Shown here piece after piece: positions 1-9,700 of a stretch of 64,000 nucleotides of DNA. Within the stretch, counting starts at the first letter, position 1, and each line of letters begins with the position of its first letter. The position numbers and the translations under genes were made by a program. The DNA is from an uncultured Candidatus Saccharibacteria bacterium (GTDB taxonomy: Bacteria; Patescibacteriota; Dojkabacteria; SC72; WJKH01): NCBI GenBank assembly GCA_964602665.1, contig CAZRRH010000004.1, forward strand, positions 16,169 to 80,168, read 5' to 3'. The notes beneath the pieces are model-generated. The model had not been told where the DNA came from. It searched no databases and saw only the letters and a program-made list of their open reading frames with translations.

Positions 1-240
1 GGCATTGCTATAACAACTTTTTTATTTTTTATATTTGAGCTGTTATATAAGGCTTTGAGTACATCTGCAAGTTTCTTTTTATGAGATTCGTCCTCAGAGT
101 TGATTATTCCATGTGGGGTAGGCTGGCTACCAAAAGCGGAAAGCTTAGGCTTTTTATTGCCTAATCCATCAATACTTACTGCTTTAACAGAGTGATTACC
201 AAAATCAAGACCTACATGGTCGGGTAGTTGGTTTGACATT
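1..240 (-). CDS. pilM: Type IV pilus assembly ATPase-like protein PilM, N-terminal fragment. The gene continues beyond the window start.
   Basis: The minus-strand translation from the ATG (complement of 238-240) is MSNQLPDHVGLDFGNHSVKAVSIDGLGNKKPKLSAFGSQPTPHGIINSEDESHKKKLADVLKALYNSSNIKNKKVVIAM. The GLDFG..SVKAV motif matches the actin-like PilM N-terminus (GLDIGs.sIKav). It lies downstream of the pilus operon. The fragment is shorter than the ORF-track cutoff. Confidence 0.5.
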
Positions 241-308
241 CTTCATTTGGCTAAACTTAACTTTTACTATATTACACTTTTTGTGCTCTTTGCGCAAGTC
301 TTATAGTG

Positions 309-3300
309 TTAGTAAGGTTTATAGCCTGAGTCTTTTCTATAGACCTCAATTAATCCAAAAAATTCTCTAGATAATATGTAATATCTATTATCATATTCTA
401 CCGCAACAGATGGATACTCTAAATTCTGTCTCAATTGCAATGATCGATTTATTTTTATGCCACTATTTGTGTCAGAAAATCCTATCATAGAACCAACAAC
501 TCTTAATCCTCTTGGCTGGCTTGCAAGATCATTCTCAATATGTATTTGATTGTCAGCAATAAAAAACCCGTGGACAACATCATATTCAACATCCGCAGGA
601 AGTGCTCCATAAAAAGCCTTGATATCAATATCATTTCCCGACAAGAATATGCATCCGTTTAAATCACCCGTTGAAGTTACGCCTTTTGATACTGTAAGAT
701 CAGAGGAAGTTATTACAACGGTTTTTCTATCACACACCAAAGGATTATCAATATTTAGCTTACCATTTCTAACTAAAACACACATTTTGTTAGCATCAGG
801 ACACTGAATAGAAATATTGCCGCTTAAAGCATCGCTTGAATAAGCAATCTGTTGATATTTTTCAGGATAAGCTTGTACTTTTGATAATACGACATCGCGA
901 TATCTAGTATAACCAGAATTTATTACACTATTGAAATTTTTAATCATAAAAGGTCTTGTTAAATTGTCCTGCTCATCACCAAAAGCCGCATTCCCACTAC
1001 CAAGAAGCTCAGATGATATATTAACCTCTTCCTTGTTTATCCCAAGTGAGCTATGAATTGATCCTCCCTCAGCGTATGCAACAAGTGGACTATAGTAACT
1101 GCCTCTACTATAAGCAAGACCTCCCTTTGATATGTACCAGGAAGCTCCAAGTCTTATTCCATCCACAGTATCAAATGTGTTAACATTGCATAGGGTATCC
1201 GCAGCTACTAACTCAGAATTAAACTCTCCTGCATCATCGACCGAAGCTATATTTATAGTTCCAACGCCATCATCCTCACCATTTCCAAGCCATACTTGCG
1301 TAGGATCACCCTTACCTAAAACTCCAGCGTTAATAAGCAATGGCTTTCCCGTGCTAAATACGCCTGTATCACCATCATACCCAGCGGTTGTTGGATTAAA
1401 TCCAGATAATATAGAGGTCCCAGCAATACCATTGCTATCGGCGGAATCCCAGAGTACATTTATTACATTCTGAGTTAAAACAGACATGCTTATACTACCT
1501 GTCGGGGGGGTAAAATCAAGGTGGTGTGTAGCTTTCCTTGAATGCCCACTGCTTTTGCCTGAATAATCCGAGACATGACCAAAAATATTTAGTACATCAC
1601 CAAGTTTATTGCTGTTATCACCACCAAAAGTCACTTCATAAACAAATCTTTTCTTAGTTGCGTCAACATTTGCTACGCTAATTAGTTTTATATGCCCTTT
1701 GTAATTTGTATCATTGCGATCAGTGTTTAATAAATCAGTACCTTGCTCAGTAAGCATTGTTGTAATATACTCAGATGATCCGCTATTTGGGACTCCCCAG
1801 GCATAATTCTTCCACGCATTACTAGCGCCAGGGATGTTTATGTCAGAAATATAATTCATGCCATATCCGGTAAAGCTATTGTCTCCATAATATGTACTAC
1901 CCGAATACTGAAACCAACTTTCTAATCCGTTTCCCCACAAAGCCCCTGTGCTTGTATTTCCACATGTTGCGCAAAATACGGTTCGATTAGTTTGCTTAAC
2001 TCCATTTATATACAATTCTACTTCTGTAAGGTTTCTATCCTCCCCGTCTTCATATGCATCATTTAAAAAGGAAATTTTTATATCCTGAGCCCTTACAGGG
2101 GCTGTTGTATAATATCGGTATGCATCCCGACCATTATAACCGACATTGCTCCATATCTTAACTAGCTGTCCGTTAATATATAAACCCATTTTAGGATAAA
2201 TAGTTTTTACACTAGTTCCATTTGCACGAATTGTAATAATCGTACCCTTAAGTACAGTTTGTCTTATACTTTCTTCATATATTGATGGAACTATCTGAGC
2301 AGGTGTTGTTATTCCATCTCCTGCTATAAATAATTGCGCTAGTGCAATATCGCCGTTTCCATCAGGATCTTCAACCGTAAGTGTAAATTGTGTTGGATTA
2401 TTACGATTACATGTTATCCCGTATGTATTTGGGAAGCCATCGCTACCATATGCATATCTTCCAGAACGACCTCCATCGGGTGTCACAGATAATACAACTG
2501 GCGTACAGTTTGTACGAAATGATCGAGTAGGGGAATAAGGACCATACATATCTTTTTCTCTACAATTAACGCTTACTGGTTGACGATTTATCGCTCTTAC
2601 TGCCCAATAATATGTGGTACAAGAAGACAATAATGGGTTACTATCGAAATACCAACTTGTGCCATCAACAATTGCAGTATGGATAGGAGTACTAGCCGTA
2701 TTATTTGTAGTAAAAAAGGCAATTTCATACCTATGTTCTCCACCATCAGCAGGTAATCCATCAGGGCAATTAACGCCAGGATCTCCTGTTGTACAAGTCT
2801 TTATGTTTTTGCCCCAATCAGCAATTGCCTGCCATGAGAAAATACTCATATCATTAACCTTGGTACTACCATTTGCAGGAGTGCTTAGTGTTAACACCTG
2901 AGCAGGAGAAGTCAATCCATTGTCACTATCACAATTACAAGTACAACCACATGAAGGGCATGGATCCCCACAATCATTTGTAGACGGGAAACACTTACCA
3001 TCACAAGTACCACAACCACCTCCACCGCCAGGGAAACATTCAACAGGGGGATTTTTACATGTTGCGCAGTTCGAGGTGCAGTACTCGGTTACTAGATCCG
3101 GACAAACGGGCTCACACCACCAATTAACAACAAGGCAACTGCCACTCGAACATCTACATGATCCAGGAGAAAGCTGACAGCTCCCACAACCAAAATGTCC
3201 ACAAGTCGAAATTTTACCACAACTACTACAACTTAGACTATCAGAAGCTACACAGGTACCAACACCTTTGTCATTTATATTAGTACAACGATAACAATCA

Positions 3301-3419
3301 GGACAATTTATGCCTTGTGAGGGTATACATATTTCTACTGCATACACAATTTGAGAAGAAAAAACGCTAAAGCACAAAACGAAAATGATGAATATAAAAA
3401 TCTTAATTTTCCCTTGCAT
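309..3419 (-). CDS. Large secreted Cys-rich surface protein (1036 aa), candidate pilus-associated adhesin. It has a signal peptide, an N-terminal cysteine-rich module, and Gly/Ser/Thr/Asn-rich beta-rich domains.
   Basis: A 1036-aa ORF with an N-terminal hydrophobic signal (MQGKIKIFIFIIFVLCFSVFSSQIVYA). About 40 Cys fall in the first 170 residues (CPDCYRC, CGSCQLSPGSCRC, GGGGGCGTCDGKC). It sits inside the pil operon between the minor pilins and pilM. Confidence 0.6.
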   Translation of the reverse strand: MQGKIKIFIFIIFVLCFSVFSSQIVYAVEICIPSQGINCPDCYRCTNINDKGVGTCVASDSLSCSSCGKISTCGHFGCGSCQLSPGSCRCSSGSCLVVNWWCEPVCPDLVTEYCTSNCATCKNPPVECFPGGGGGCGTCDGKCFPSTNDCGDPCPSCGCTCNCDSDNGLTSPAQVLTLSTPANGSTKVNDMSIFSWQAIADWGKNIKTCTTGDPGVNCPDGLPADGGEHRYEIAFFTTNNTASTPIHTAIVDGTSWYFDSNPLLSSCTTYYWAVRAINRQPVSVNCREKDMYGPYSPTRSFRTNCTPVVLSVTPDGGRSGRYAYGSDGFPNTYGITCNRNNPTQFTLTVEDPDGNGDIALAQLFIAGDGITTPAQIVPSIYEESIRQTVLKGTIITIRANGTSVKTIYPKMGLYINGQLVKIWSNVGYNGRDAYRYYTTAPVRAQDIKISFLNDAYEDGEDRNLTEVELYINGVKQTNRTVFCATCGNTSTGALWGNGLESWFQYSGSTYYGDNSFTGYGMNYISDINIPGASNAWKNYAWGVPNSGSSEYITTMLTEQGTDLLNTDRNDTNYKGHIKLISVANVDATKKRFVYEVTFGGDNSNKLGDVLNIFGHVSDYSGKSSGHSRKATHHLDFTPPTGSISMSVLTQNVINVLWDSADSNGIAGTSILSGFNPTTAGYDGDTGVFSTGKPLLINAGVLGKGDPTQVWLGNGEDDGVGTINIASVDDAGEFNSELVAADTLCNVNTFDTVDGIRLGASWYISKGGLAYSRGSYYSPLVAYAEGGSIHSSLGINKEEVNISSELLGSGNAAFGDEQDNLTRPFMIKNFNSVINSGYTRYRDVVLSKVQAYPEKYQQIAYSSDALSGNISIQCPDANKMCVLVRNGKLNIDNPLVCDRKTVVITSSDLTVSKGVTSTGDLNGCIFLSGNDIDIKAFYGALPADVEYDVVHGFFIADNQIHIENDLASQPRGLRVVGSMIGFSDTNSGIKINRSLQLRQNLEYPSVAVEYDNRYYILSREFFGLIEVYRKDSGYKPY

Positions 3420-4560
3420 ACATACTTACAAACAAATTATTTTCCATTACATTATAAAACAACTTATCTCCATGATTTGAATAAAGTCCATCATTAAAGC
3501 GAAAACCGCTACTACTACCTATGCGATCAAAATTATTTAAAAGAATATCCCTCGAAATATCCCTGCTTGAATAAAAAAATTTATCATATCCATACTCCTG
3601 GTAAAGCCTGTCATAATATAGTTTGCAGAAAATTTTATCAGAGAAGTCGCCATAAGATAAAACATCTTCTGGCGTATAAAATCTTGAAGCGATACTAAGA
3701 TATTCCGGTTGCCTCGTATAGTAGTAAAGATCAAGTGCTGCGTTAGCATAAATACAAACACTACTGTCTTTAAAGAATTTCGGTTGATCTTTTTCTGTCT
3801 CATCTAAGTATATTTTCGTCGCATAATCAAAAGATTTCTTAGCAATAATTTTATTATCATTGCTCTTTAGTATCTGATCAAGAGCAACAAACTCTGACGA
3901 CATAATTGAGTACTGCACAAATTCTTCATCTGTAGAAGAAATATTTTGAACCTTTGATATAGCAGAAATAACAGTATTCCCTTTCTCAGAAAGTTTTATT
4001 GTGTTATCAACAGATTCGGACAAACTGTTTAACACCGTCATTCTTGTTGGACTAAATCTTCCCTTAAGACAAATTGCCTTAGCATTTTCTCTTATATCCG
4101 TATCTAATGTTTCATCCAAAATAATCTCTTTTAATAGAGTACAGTTCCAAACACCTGTCTGTATAGTAACTATACTTGGCTCATTTGCATAACTTTGCAA
4201 ATCTCTTTCTAAAATTGCAAGATTAGAATCATCATTATATTTTTTATAAATTGTATATCTAGCTTTAGCCGCAGCCGCTGCCTGATGATTTGAAACTGCT
4301 TTAACACATTCTTCTTGGCCAATTTCACATTCAACAAGAGAGTAGTATAGTCCTCTCTCATCTCTTTCCTTATCAATCCAATCTAAAATAATATTGCTAA
4401 CCTCAAGGTTTCTACCTCCTGAAATAAGATCGTTAAACTCCCTTTTTTGTTTCTCTTTTAAATATAGACTCCATCCGAAGTATCCCACAAAACATACAAA
4501 GAGCCCAAATATGATCCAAAGAACTATCCTTAAATTTCGTCTCTTGATACTATATTTCAT
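3403..4560 (-). CDS. Membrane-anchored hypothetical protein. It has a single N-terminal transmembrane helix and a large extracytoplasmic domain.
   Basis: 385-aa ORF. The N-terminus LRIVLWIIFGLFVCFVGYFGWSLYL is a transmembrane helix. No motif is recognised. It lies within the pil operon. Confidence 0.55.
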   Translation of the reverse strand: MKYSIKRRNLRIVLWIIFGLFVCFVGYFGWSLYLKEKQKREFNDLISGGRNLEVSNIILDWIDKERDERGLYYSLVECEIGQEECVKAVSNHQAAAAAKARYTIYKKYNDDSNLAILERDLQSYANEPSIVTIQTGVWNCTLLKEIILDETLDTDIRENAKAICLKGRFSPTRMTVLNSLSESVDNTIKLSEKGNTVISAISKVQNISSTDEEFVQYSIMSSEFVALDQILKSNDNKIIAKKSFDYATKIYLDETEKDQPKFFKDSSVCIYANAALDLYYYTRQPEYLSIASRFYTPEDVLSYGDFSDKIFCKLYYDRLYQEYGYDKFFYSSRDISRDILLNNFDRIGSSSGFRFNDGLYSNHGDKLFYNVMENNLFVSMYAREN

Positions 4561-4584
4561 AAGGCGATCTTTTAAATTTATACT

Positions 4585-4977
4585 TTAAATTTCAAGGGCC
4601 TTTTTAACCTCCTGAGCTATATCAGACATTTCAATCTCAGCTTTTACAAGATATCCTTTAGCACCAAGCTCATAGCACTCCTGAATTACCTTTTCGCTTA
4701 CCATTGCAGTAAGAACAATAATATTATGATCTTCTCCGTAGATTTCAGGTTGCTCCTTTAAAACTCTGAGGACCTCAAGGCCATCAATACCTGGCATCAT
4801 AAGATCAAGCAAGATAAGATCAAATTTTTTCTCTTTATTTTCTCGCAAAAGGTCAAGACCTTTATATCCATCATTTGCTTTCTCGGCTTTAACACCTTCG
4901 ATTTCGCTCTCGATAATTTCTGCATACGACTCTAGAAGATCTATTTCGTCCTCTATTATAAGTACTCTTTTCTCCAT
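4585..4977 (-). CDS. Stand-alone response-regulator receiver (CheY-like REC) protein, PilG/PilH-like.
   Basis: 130 aa. It has the acidic pocket IIEDE, the phospho-acceptor Asp in LILLDLMMPGIDG, the conserved T in IVLTAM and K in GAKGYLVK. It has no output domain and lies in the pilus operon. Confidence 0.85.
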   Translation of the reverse strand: MEKRVLIIEDEIDLLESYAEIIESEIEGVKAEKANDGYKGLDLLRENKEKKFDLILLDLMMPGIDGLEVLRVLKEQPEIYGEDHNIIVLTAMVSEKVIQECYELGAKGYLVKAEIEMSDIAQEVKKALEI

Positions 4978-4995
4978 ACGATTTAAAAATAAAAT

Positions 4996-5859
4996 TTAAT
5001 TTTTCCTATATCTTAAACTATCTCCTCCGTAATTATTATATAACACATAGTCAAATATTGGATCCAATGTTTTTGCTTTTGGTATATCAAAATAGCTACT
5101 TTGAGATATTCCATCTTGGGTCGCTGTTACTTGGACCGTAGCCGCAAAATAATTAGTGCATCCATTCATTTCAGATAATTTGTAATATATGCCGTCTTCC
5201 AAAGAAAACATCTCAACCTCAAGTAGATCATATCCGTCAACAGCAGAATTATCAAAAGCAGTAGGAACAGCACTCCATACAGGAAGTCCGTAATCTCCCG
5301 CTAATAAGGGATCCGTCTTAACTCCAATTATATCACTGTAATCATACGGCTTGACGGCAATGATTTGTCCGCTTGCGTCATATTTTACATATACCTTCCT
5401 TAGGACAATACCCCCTGTACCAGACAATTCAAGAAGGTAGCTACAAGCGCCAACATTTCTGGCCATTGGTATTGTTATTGTTTTTTCTTTTAACATTAGC
5501 TCAGGTTCACTTACTGTTCTTTTTTTTGTGAAACACACCTCAAAATTCTCTCCGATTTCATTAGGATCTATCAGACTTAAATCAACATCTAAAATCTCTT
5601 GTACATCTTCAATGTTATTATAACAGCAACCAGTATCAAAACAGCTTTGAGCTTCTAGATTATTAAAAAGTACATCAACAGACGCTCCTTGCATAGATTC
5701 TGTTAATGTATCGGTAAAACTAGCAGTTTCTTTGCTTGTCCTCTCTTTAAAGATTCTCTCCTGATTTCTCACAATTTGCGAGTAAATCCCAAGAGCAATA
5801 ACAACCACAGCAACAAGTATTACCATTAAAATCGCAAGAGTCTGACCCTTATATCTCAT
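4996..5859 (-). CDS. PilX/minor-pilin-like protein with an N-terminal pilin-type transmembrane segment but no Glu5.
   Basis: The N-terminus is MRYKG|QTLAILMVILVAVVVIALGIY, a short basic leader ending in Gly followed by a hydrophobic helix. It lacks E at +5, like PilX/GspK-type minor pilins. It lies in the pilus operon. Confidence 0.5.
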   Translation of the reverse strand: MRYKGQTLAILMVILVAVVVIALGIYSQIVRNQERIFKERTSKETASFTDTLTESMQGASVDVLFNNLEAQSCFDTGCCYNNIEDVQEILDVDLSLIDPNEIGENFEVCFTKKRTVSEPELMLKEKTITIPMARNVGACSYLLELSGTGGIVLRKVYVKYDASGQIIAVKPYDYSDIIGVKTDPLLAGDYGLPVWSAVPTAFDNSAVDGYDLLEVEMFSLEDGIYYKLSEMNGCTNYFAATVQVTATQDGISQSSYFDIPKAKTLDPIFDYVLYNNYGGDSLRYRKN

Positions 5860-5882
5860 AACTAGAATTTATCACAATTATC

Positions 5883-6539
5883 TTAAAATTGCAATACAGA
5901 TGTTTGTACTGAAAGCTGTCTAGATATTCTTGGAGATTCGCCTTTGCCTATCCAGCTTGCAGGTTTTGCTTCAACAACGACATTAAAAAATAAATTCCTT
6001 CCACTTGAATAGTATTTTACATCAATATTTTCAATGTTCACCTTTCCATTGTCTATAATTACAAAATTTTTACGATTCTCAGGCTTATCATTAAAACAAC
6101 TCTCTGGAGAACCTCCAATAGACATTGAGGATTTAACAAAATGTCCAAATCTATCGTCATTTGCATCCTTAAAAAAGCCATAACATAAAACACGATTTGA
6201 AATAGTAGAGTAGAGGTGTAATTCATTGCCAACTTCACCCTCTTTAAGCGCTTCAGGATAAGAATCCGCAGATGAAGGATAGTAATCGACAATTTTCCTA
6301 ATTTCTTCCGTATCATATAAATATACATTACTAGCAAAAGAGTTTCTTATTGCTCTTTTATATAGTTCGGTTATAAATTCGGCTTCATTTCTGGTTTTTA
6401 TTCTAAAATCAGTTTTTACATAAGTTTCAACCATTGTCGCAAATGTGACACCAACAGTAAGCATAAGAAGCATCATTATTGCCATTGTTATAAGCATTTC
6501 CACAAGAGAGAATGCTCGTAATATTTTCCTAATTGACAT
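5883..6539 (-). CDS. Type IV pilin-like protein (pseudopilin/minor pilin) with a prepilin N-terminal methylation motif.
   Basis: MSIRKILRA|FSLVEMLITMAIMMLLML is a class III signal, with FSLVE carrying Glu at +5. Position -1 is Ala rather than Gly. Confidence 0.7.
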   Translation of the reverse strand: MSIRKILRAFSLVEMLITMAIMMLLMLTVGVTFATMVETYVKTDFRIKTRNEAEFITELYKRAIRNSFASNVYLYDTEEIRKIVDYYPSSADSYPEALKEGEVGNELHLYSTISNRVLCYGFFKDANDDRFGHFVKSSMSIGGSPESCFNDKPENRKNFVIIDNGKVNIENIDVKYYSSGRNLFFNVVVEAKPASWIGKGESPRISRQLSVQTSVLQF

Positions 6540-7065
6540 ATAGTACCTTATAAATCACATTATATTTTTGATCATCAACAAGACATTTTGCGTTTTCTCG
6601 AGCGCCAGTTGCCTCAGTTGAGTAGGAGCATTTGGTTCCACCACCAACGACTTGGGCTTTTATTAGTTTTGAATTACTATCATAATAATTTCCACTAAAA
6701 CATAACACGGAGAAAACGGTATCATCTTTTATAGCTTTTCTACAGTTATCAATCTGCGGATAAGAACACATCTTTATCATGTTATCATCTTCGATCACAT
6801 AGCAAGAGGAGTTCCAAGATGCAATATCACTTTGACTTAGTCGAAGGGTTGAATCAGGGTCGTTTCGCTTGCTTAAAAACGATCTGAATAGCTCGTTAGC
6901 TTCAACATTTTGATTCGCTATTTTATCGTACAACTCTAACCTGTAGTAATTCATAAGGCTATGAGCAGCAATTCCCATAAACGATATTGCCACAATACCA
7001 ACAATAAATATTGCCAATGTCGCCTCGACTAGTCCCAAACCTTTATATTTTCTTGCTTCTTTCAT
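6529..7065 (-). CDS. Type IV pilin-like protein (minor pilin, PilV-like).
   Basis: MKEARKYKG|LGLVEATLAIFIVGIVAISF is a prepilin leader ending in Gly, with Glu at +5 and a hydrophobic N-terminal helix. Confidence 0.7.
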   Translation of the reverse strand: MKEARKYKGLGLVEATLAIFIVGIVAISFMGIAAHSLMNYYRLELYDKIANQNVEANELFRSFLSKRNDPDSTLRLSQSDIASWNSSCYVIEDDNMIKMCSYPQIDNCRKAIKDDTVFSVLCFSGNYYDSNSKLIKAQVVGGGTKCSYSTEATGARENAKCLVDDQKYNVIYKVLYVN

Positions 7066-7073
7066 ATATGTAA

Positions 7074-7730
7074 TTATTTGCTAACAATCGTAATCATACC
7101 AGAAACAGGCTTAACCATAAGCTCCTTATACTCGTTTCTCCCATAGACCAAGTGCAGATTCGAAGGATTATCTGTTAAAAAAATCTCATCCCCAGAAAAG
7201 GAGTAGTTTAATAAATTCCCATTTTCATCATAGAAAAATGCCCTTCCTGTCATACTTTCAAATAAAACAATAGCTACATTTCCTTTAATAATTACCCCTT
7301 CATAATAAGGAGCAGAAGACAATCTTCCTTCAATAGGAATTACTTTCTCTGTTCCTTTGCAAATAGCGGCATCGTCACTCGCAGAATTAAAAGGCAGTTT
7401 GCTTCCATTTGCCGGAAGCTCAGAACTCATTTTCTCAACGCCATCAGAATAGTCAGTAAATTCTGAACACCATCTGAAAATATCATAAGTACCAGCACTT
7501 TCTATGTTCCTAAAATCTATACCTACTCCGTATACCCAATTATCTCCTTCACCTCTCTCCATAAACATCGCAGCTCTCTGAGCATATCTAAGATCATCTT
7601 CAAGTCCAACAGTAAAATTATGCTCAAGATAACTTTCTCTTAAACCACTCACGGAGATAAATCCAAGACCCATTAAAAGGATCGCTATAGCCATAACTAT
7701 AAGCATTTCTACTAAAGTAAATCCTTTCAT
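7074..7730 (-). CDS. Type IV pilin-like protein (minor pilin). The start is taken at the internal Met of the 7074..7796 ORF.
   Basis: The internal start is MKG|FTLVEMLIVMAIAILLMGLGFISV, a canonical prepilin leader with FTLVE. Its ATG overlaps the pilD stop as ATGA at 7727-7730. Confidence 0.7.
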   Translation of the reverse strand: MKGFTLVEMLIVMAIAILLMGLGFISVSGLRESYLEHNFTVGLEDDLRYAQRAAMFMERGEGDNWVYGVGIDFRNIESAGTYDIFRWCSEFTDYSDGVEKMSSELPANGSKLPFNSASDDAAICKGTEKVIPIEGRLSSAPYYEGVIIKGNVAIVLFESMTGRAFFYDENGNLLNYSFSGDEIFLTDNPSNLHLVYGRNEYKELMVKPVSGMITIVSK

Positions 7731-8476
7731 ATTATTAATATAACATAGGTTGATATAAAAAGGAAGGGGAGCAATGGTATATGTTTTTTCAACCATTTCT
7801 TATCGAGAGCAACAAGAAATGTACAAAATATCCCTGCAATAATTATTGTTACAAAAAACAGTTTTGAAATAAAAAATGGCTGTGGAAAAAATAACGCCAC
7901 GAAGAAAAACATATAAGAATCTGCTTCACCAAAGGCAGGCTTTATCTTATTAACCAGGTAAAAAAACAGCCCGATTACTCCCGCTTCAAGAATTGGTACG
8001 AGATAAATCCATAAGCCTTGCTCTCCCCAATTTTCGACTATTAAATAAACCATGTTAACAGCTCCACATATTAACGCGAAGTGTATAATATAATCCTCTA
8101 TCTCCATAAACAACAGGTCAAAAGATACTATCAAGAAAAATATCACAGTAAAAAAATACGCAGAAATGGGTAAACCCAAGTAATATATTAGCACAAAAAG
8201 CAATCCAAGAAGTGTTTCCCCTAGCATATACCATATAGGAATTTTGTTTTTGCATTTACTGCATTTTCCTCCTAAAATAATCCAAGATATCACTGGTATA
8301 AGCTCATACCAAGAAAGAGTTTTTTTGCAGTTATCACAGCACGATCTGCCAGTTAACATCTCCTTAACAGGCATTTTTAAATGTATCCTCCACGATAAAG
8401 CGATCAAAAAGCTCGCTAAAGAACAACCTAGCAGAAAAAGAACAACCATGTATATATAATCAATTATCCCAGCCAT
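7727..8476 (-). CDS. pilD: Prepilin peptidase (A24 family), PilD.
   Basis: 249 aa, polytopic membrane protein. The N-terminal cytoplasmic tetracysteine is CDNCKKTL...CSKCKN. The sequence LIPVISWIILGGKCSKCKNKIPIWYMLGETLLGLLFVLIYY matches the PilD/GspO family. Confidence 0.85.
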   Translation of the reverse strand: MAGIIDYIYMVVLFLLGCSLASFLIALSWRIHLKMPVKEMLTGRSCCDNCKKTLSWYELIPVISWIILGGKCSKCKNKIPIWYMLGETLLGLLFVLIYYLGLPISAYFFTVIFFLIVSFDLLFMEIEDYIIHFALICGAVNMVYLIVENWGEQGLWIYLVPILEAGVIGLFFYLVNKIKPAFGEADSYMFFFVALFFPQPFFISKLFFVTIIIAGIFCTFLVALDKKWLKKHIPLLPFLFISTYVILII

Positions 8477-8966
8477 TTAAAGATGCACTCCAATTAGATT
8501 TGTATTCCCAAGAAAAGAGCCAACTAGAAGCCTGCTCTTTTGATAGAGTAGGGGTATTTATCGTCACACCCGATAAATCAACTCCAAAGCCACTTCCCTC
8601 GCACAAGACACCTACATCATCGTTGGCATCATAAAAACCATTTGTTGTAGAACAAAATAGAAATTTAGTTCTGTCTGCGCTAACAAAATAATAAACCGTG
8701 CTATCACTGCCAAAACTAAGCTCTTCAAGATAACGACTCAAATCTCCAGTAGATATAATCTCATCTGGAGTAGCAAGAGAAGGAAAGACTCCCCCGTTAT
8801 CTCCATAGTACTGCAATGCTGCTTTATTTAATTGCCCTAGGCTATCGCGATTTTTAATCTCATTGGCACGATTTATTATCATTCTGCCACCCATTACGCC
8901 AATACCCATTAGTATAATAAGAACCGCCATGACCAATAGCATCTCTACAAGCGTAAAAGCACTCAT
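8460..8966 (-). CDS. Type IV pilin paralog 2. The start is uncertain: in-frame starts exist at 9017 and 9098.
   Basis: MSA|FTLVEMLLVMAVLIILMGIGVMGG... It shares GRxIINRAN and LNKAALQYYGD with the upstream pilin. The leader has Ala at -1. The 8460..9098 ORF would overlap pilA by 53 nt, so the internal Met at 8964-8966 is favoured. Confidence 0.6.
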   Translation of the reverse strand: MSAFTLVEMLLVMAVLIILMGIGVMGGRMIINRANEIKNRDSLGQLNKAALQYYGDNGGVFPSLATPDEIISTGDLSRYLEELSFGSDSTVYYFVSADRTKFLFCSTTNGFYDANDDVGVLCEGSGFGVDLSGVTINTPTLSKEQASSWLFSWEYKSNWSASLNGWDN

Positions 8967-8973
8967 TTTAAAA

Positions 8974-8999
8974 GGGCTTCCTTTTTTACTCGGAAGCCC
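8974..8999 (-). terminator. Stem-loop between the tandem pilin genes, an attenuator or partial terminator. It sequesters the AGGAAG Shine-Dalgarno of pilin 2.
   Basis: On the minus-strand RNA the hairpin is GGGCUUCC-GAGUAAAAAA-GGAAGCCC. It is followed by UUUAAAAUG, and that AUG is the pilin-2 start. The 8-bp perfect stem contains the only SD-like sequence. Confidence 0.4.
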
Positions 9000-9045
9000 T
9001 CCGAAATCAATTTCCATTTTTGATCTTAATATTAAACAAATCAGG

Positions 9046-9621
9046 TTAAGGTGCAACATCTTTTGCAGGAGCAGTACCCCAACTCTTTGTTGATCCATTC
9101 CAATCTGACTGTGTAAAATATTTTGTTCCTAAAATCGTGTCGATTATTGCAGTTCTATCTACAGCATCCTCTATTGCATTTACCTTTGCCAATGTGCTAG
9201 TACCTTCATCTCCAAATGCATTACCCTCACACAATACTGCATCTACTGCATCACTTGTGCTTAAGCCACCATTTGTTACACAAAATAGTACTTTGGTCTT
9301 ATCTTCTGAAATATAGTAATAGTATGTTGCATCACTTCCTCCATCAAAATCCTCTAGGTAAGTGCTTAAATACGTATTACCGGTTATTCCATCAACTAAC
9401 TGTGCTGGTGTAGGCTTTGTTGTCCCGGTTGGGAAGACACTTCCTTTATCCCCATAATACTGTAGTGCAGCTTTATTTAACTGCTGAACAGCATTTGTAT
9501 GTGATATTCTATTTGCTCTATTAATAAGCGCCCTTCCTCCAAACACTCCTATACCCATTAAGATGATGAGTATCGCCATAACGATAAGCATCTCTACCAA
9601 TGTAAATCCTTTCTTTTTCAT
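9046..9621 (-). CDS. pilA: Major type IV pilin (PilA-like).
   Basis: MKKKG|FTLVEMLIVMAILIILMGIGVFGG is a textbook class III leader with the G-FTLVE motif. The protein is 191 aa. It is the first gene after pilC and is followed by a hairpin. Confidence 0.85.
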   Translation of the reverse strand: MKKKGFTLVEMLIVMAILIILMGIGVFGGRALINRANRISHTNAVQQLNKAALQYYGDKGSVFPTGTTKPTPAQLVDGITGNTYLSTYLEDFDGGSDATYYYYISEDKTKVLFCVTNGGLSTSDAVDAVLCEGNAFGDEGTSTLAKVNAIEDAVDRTAIIDTILGTKYFTQSDWNGSTKSWGTAPAKDVAP

Positions 9622-9700
9622 AATTTTAAGTTAATAAATAAATTAATTAATAAATTAAACTATTTCATATATAATACTTTTTTAATCATTTGTCAATATG

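Noticed and set aside
619-3177. Plus-strand ORFs (619..807, 1132..1473, 2614..2901, 2920..3177) lying inside the 309..3419 minus-strand gene.
   Set aside because: They are antisense to a long, well-supported CDS, carry low-complexity or frame-shadow translations and no motifs, and are typical overprinted spurious ORFs. The same reasoning applies to the many 60-130-aa ORFs antisense to pilB, gyrB, gyrA, the giant protein, dnaB and murA.
9046-9098. The long N-terminal extension of the pilin-2 ORF (start at 9098) overlapping pilA by 53 nt.
   Set aside because: The prepilin leader motif begins at the internal Met at 8964-8966, directly after a hairpin and SD. Only the 9098 start (a 44-aa leader) overlaps pilA, and it is atypical. 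The 9017 start does not overlap pilA but gives an atypical 27-aa leader.
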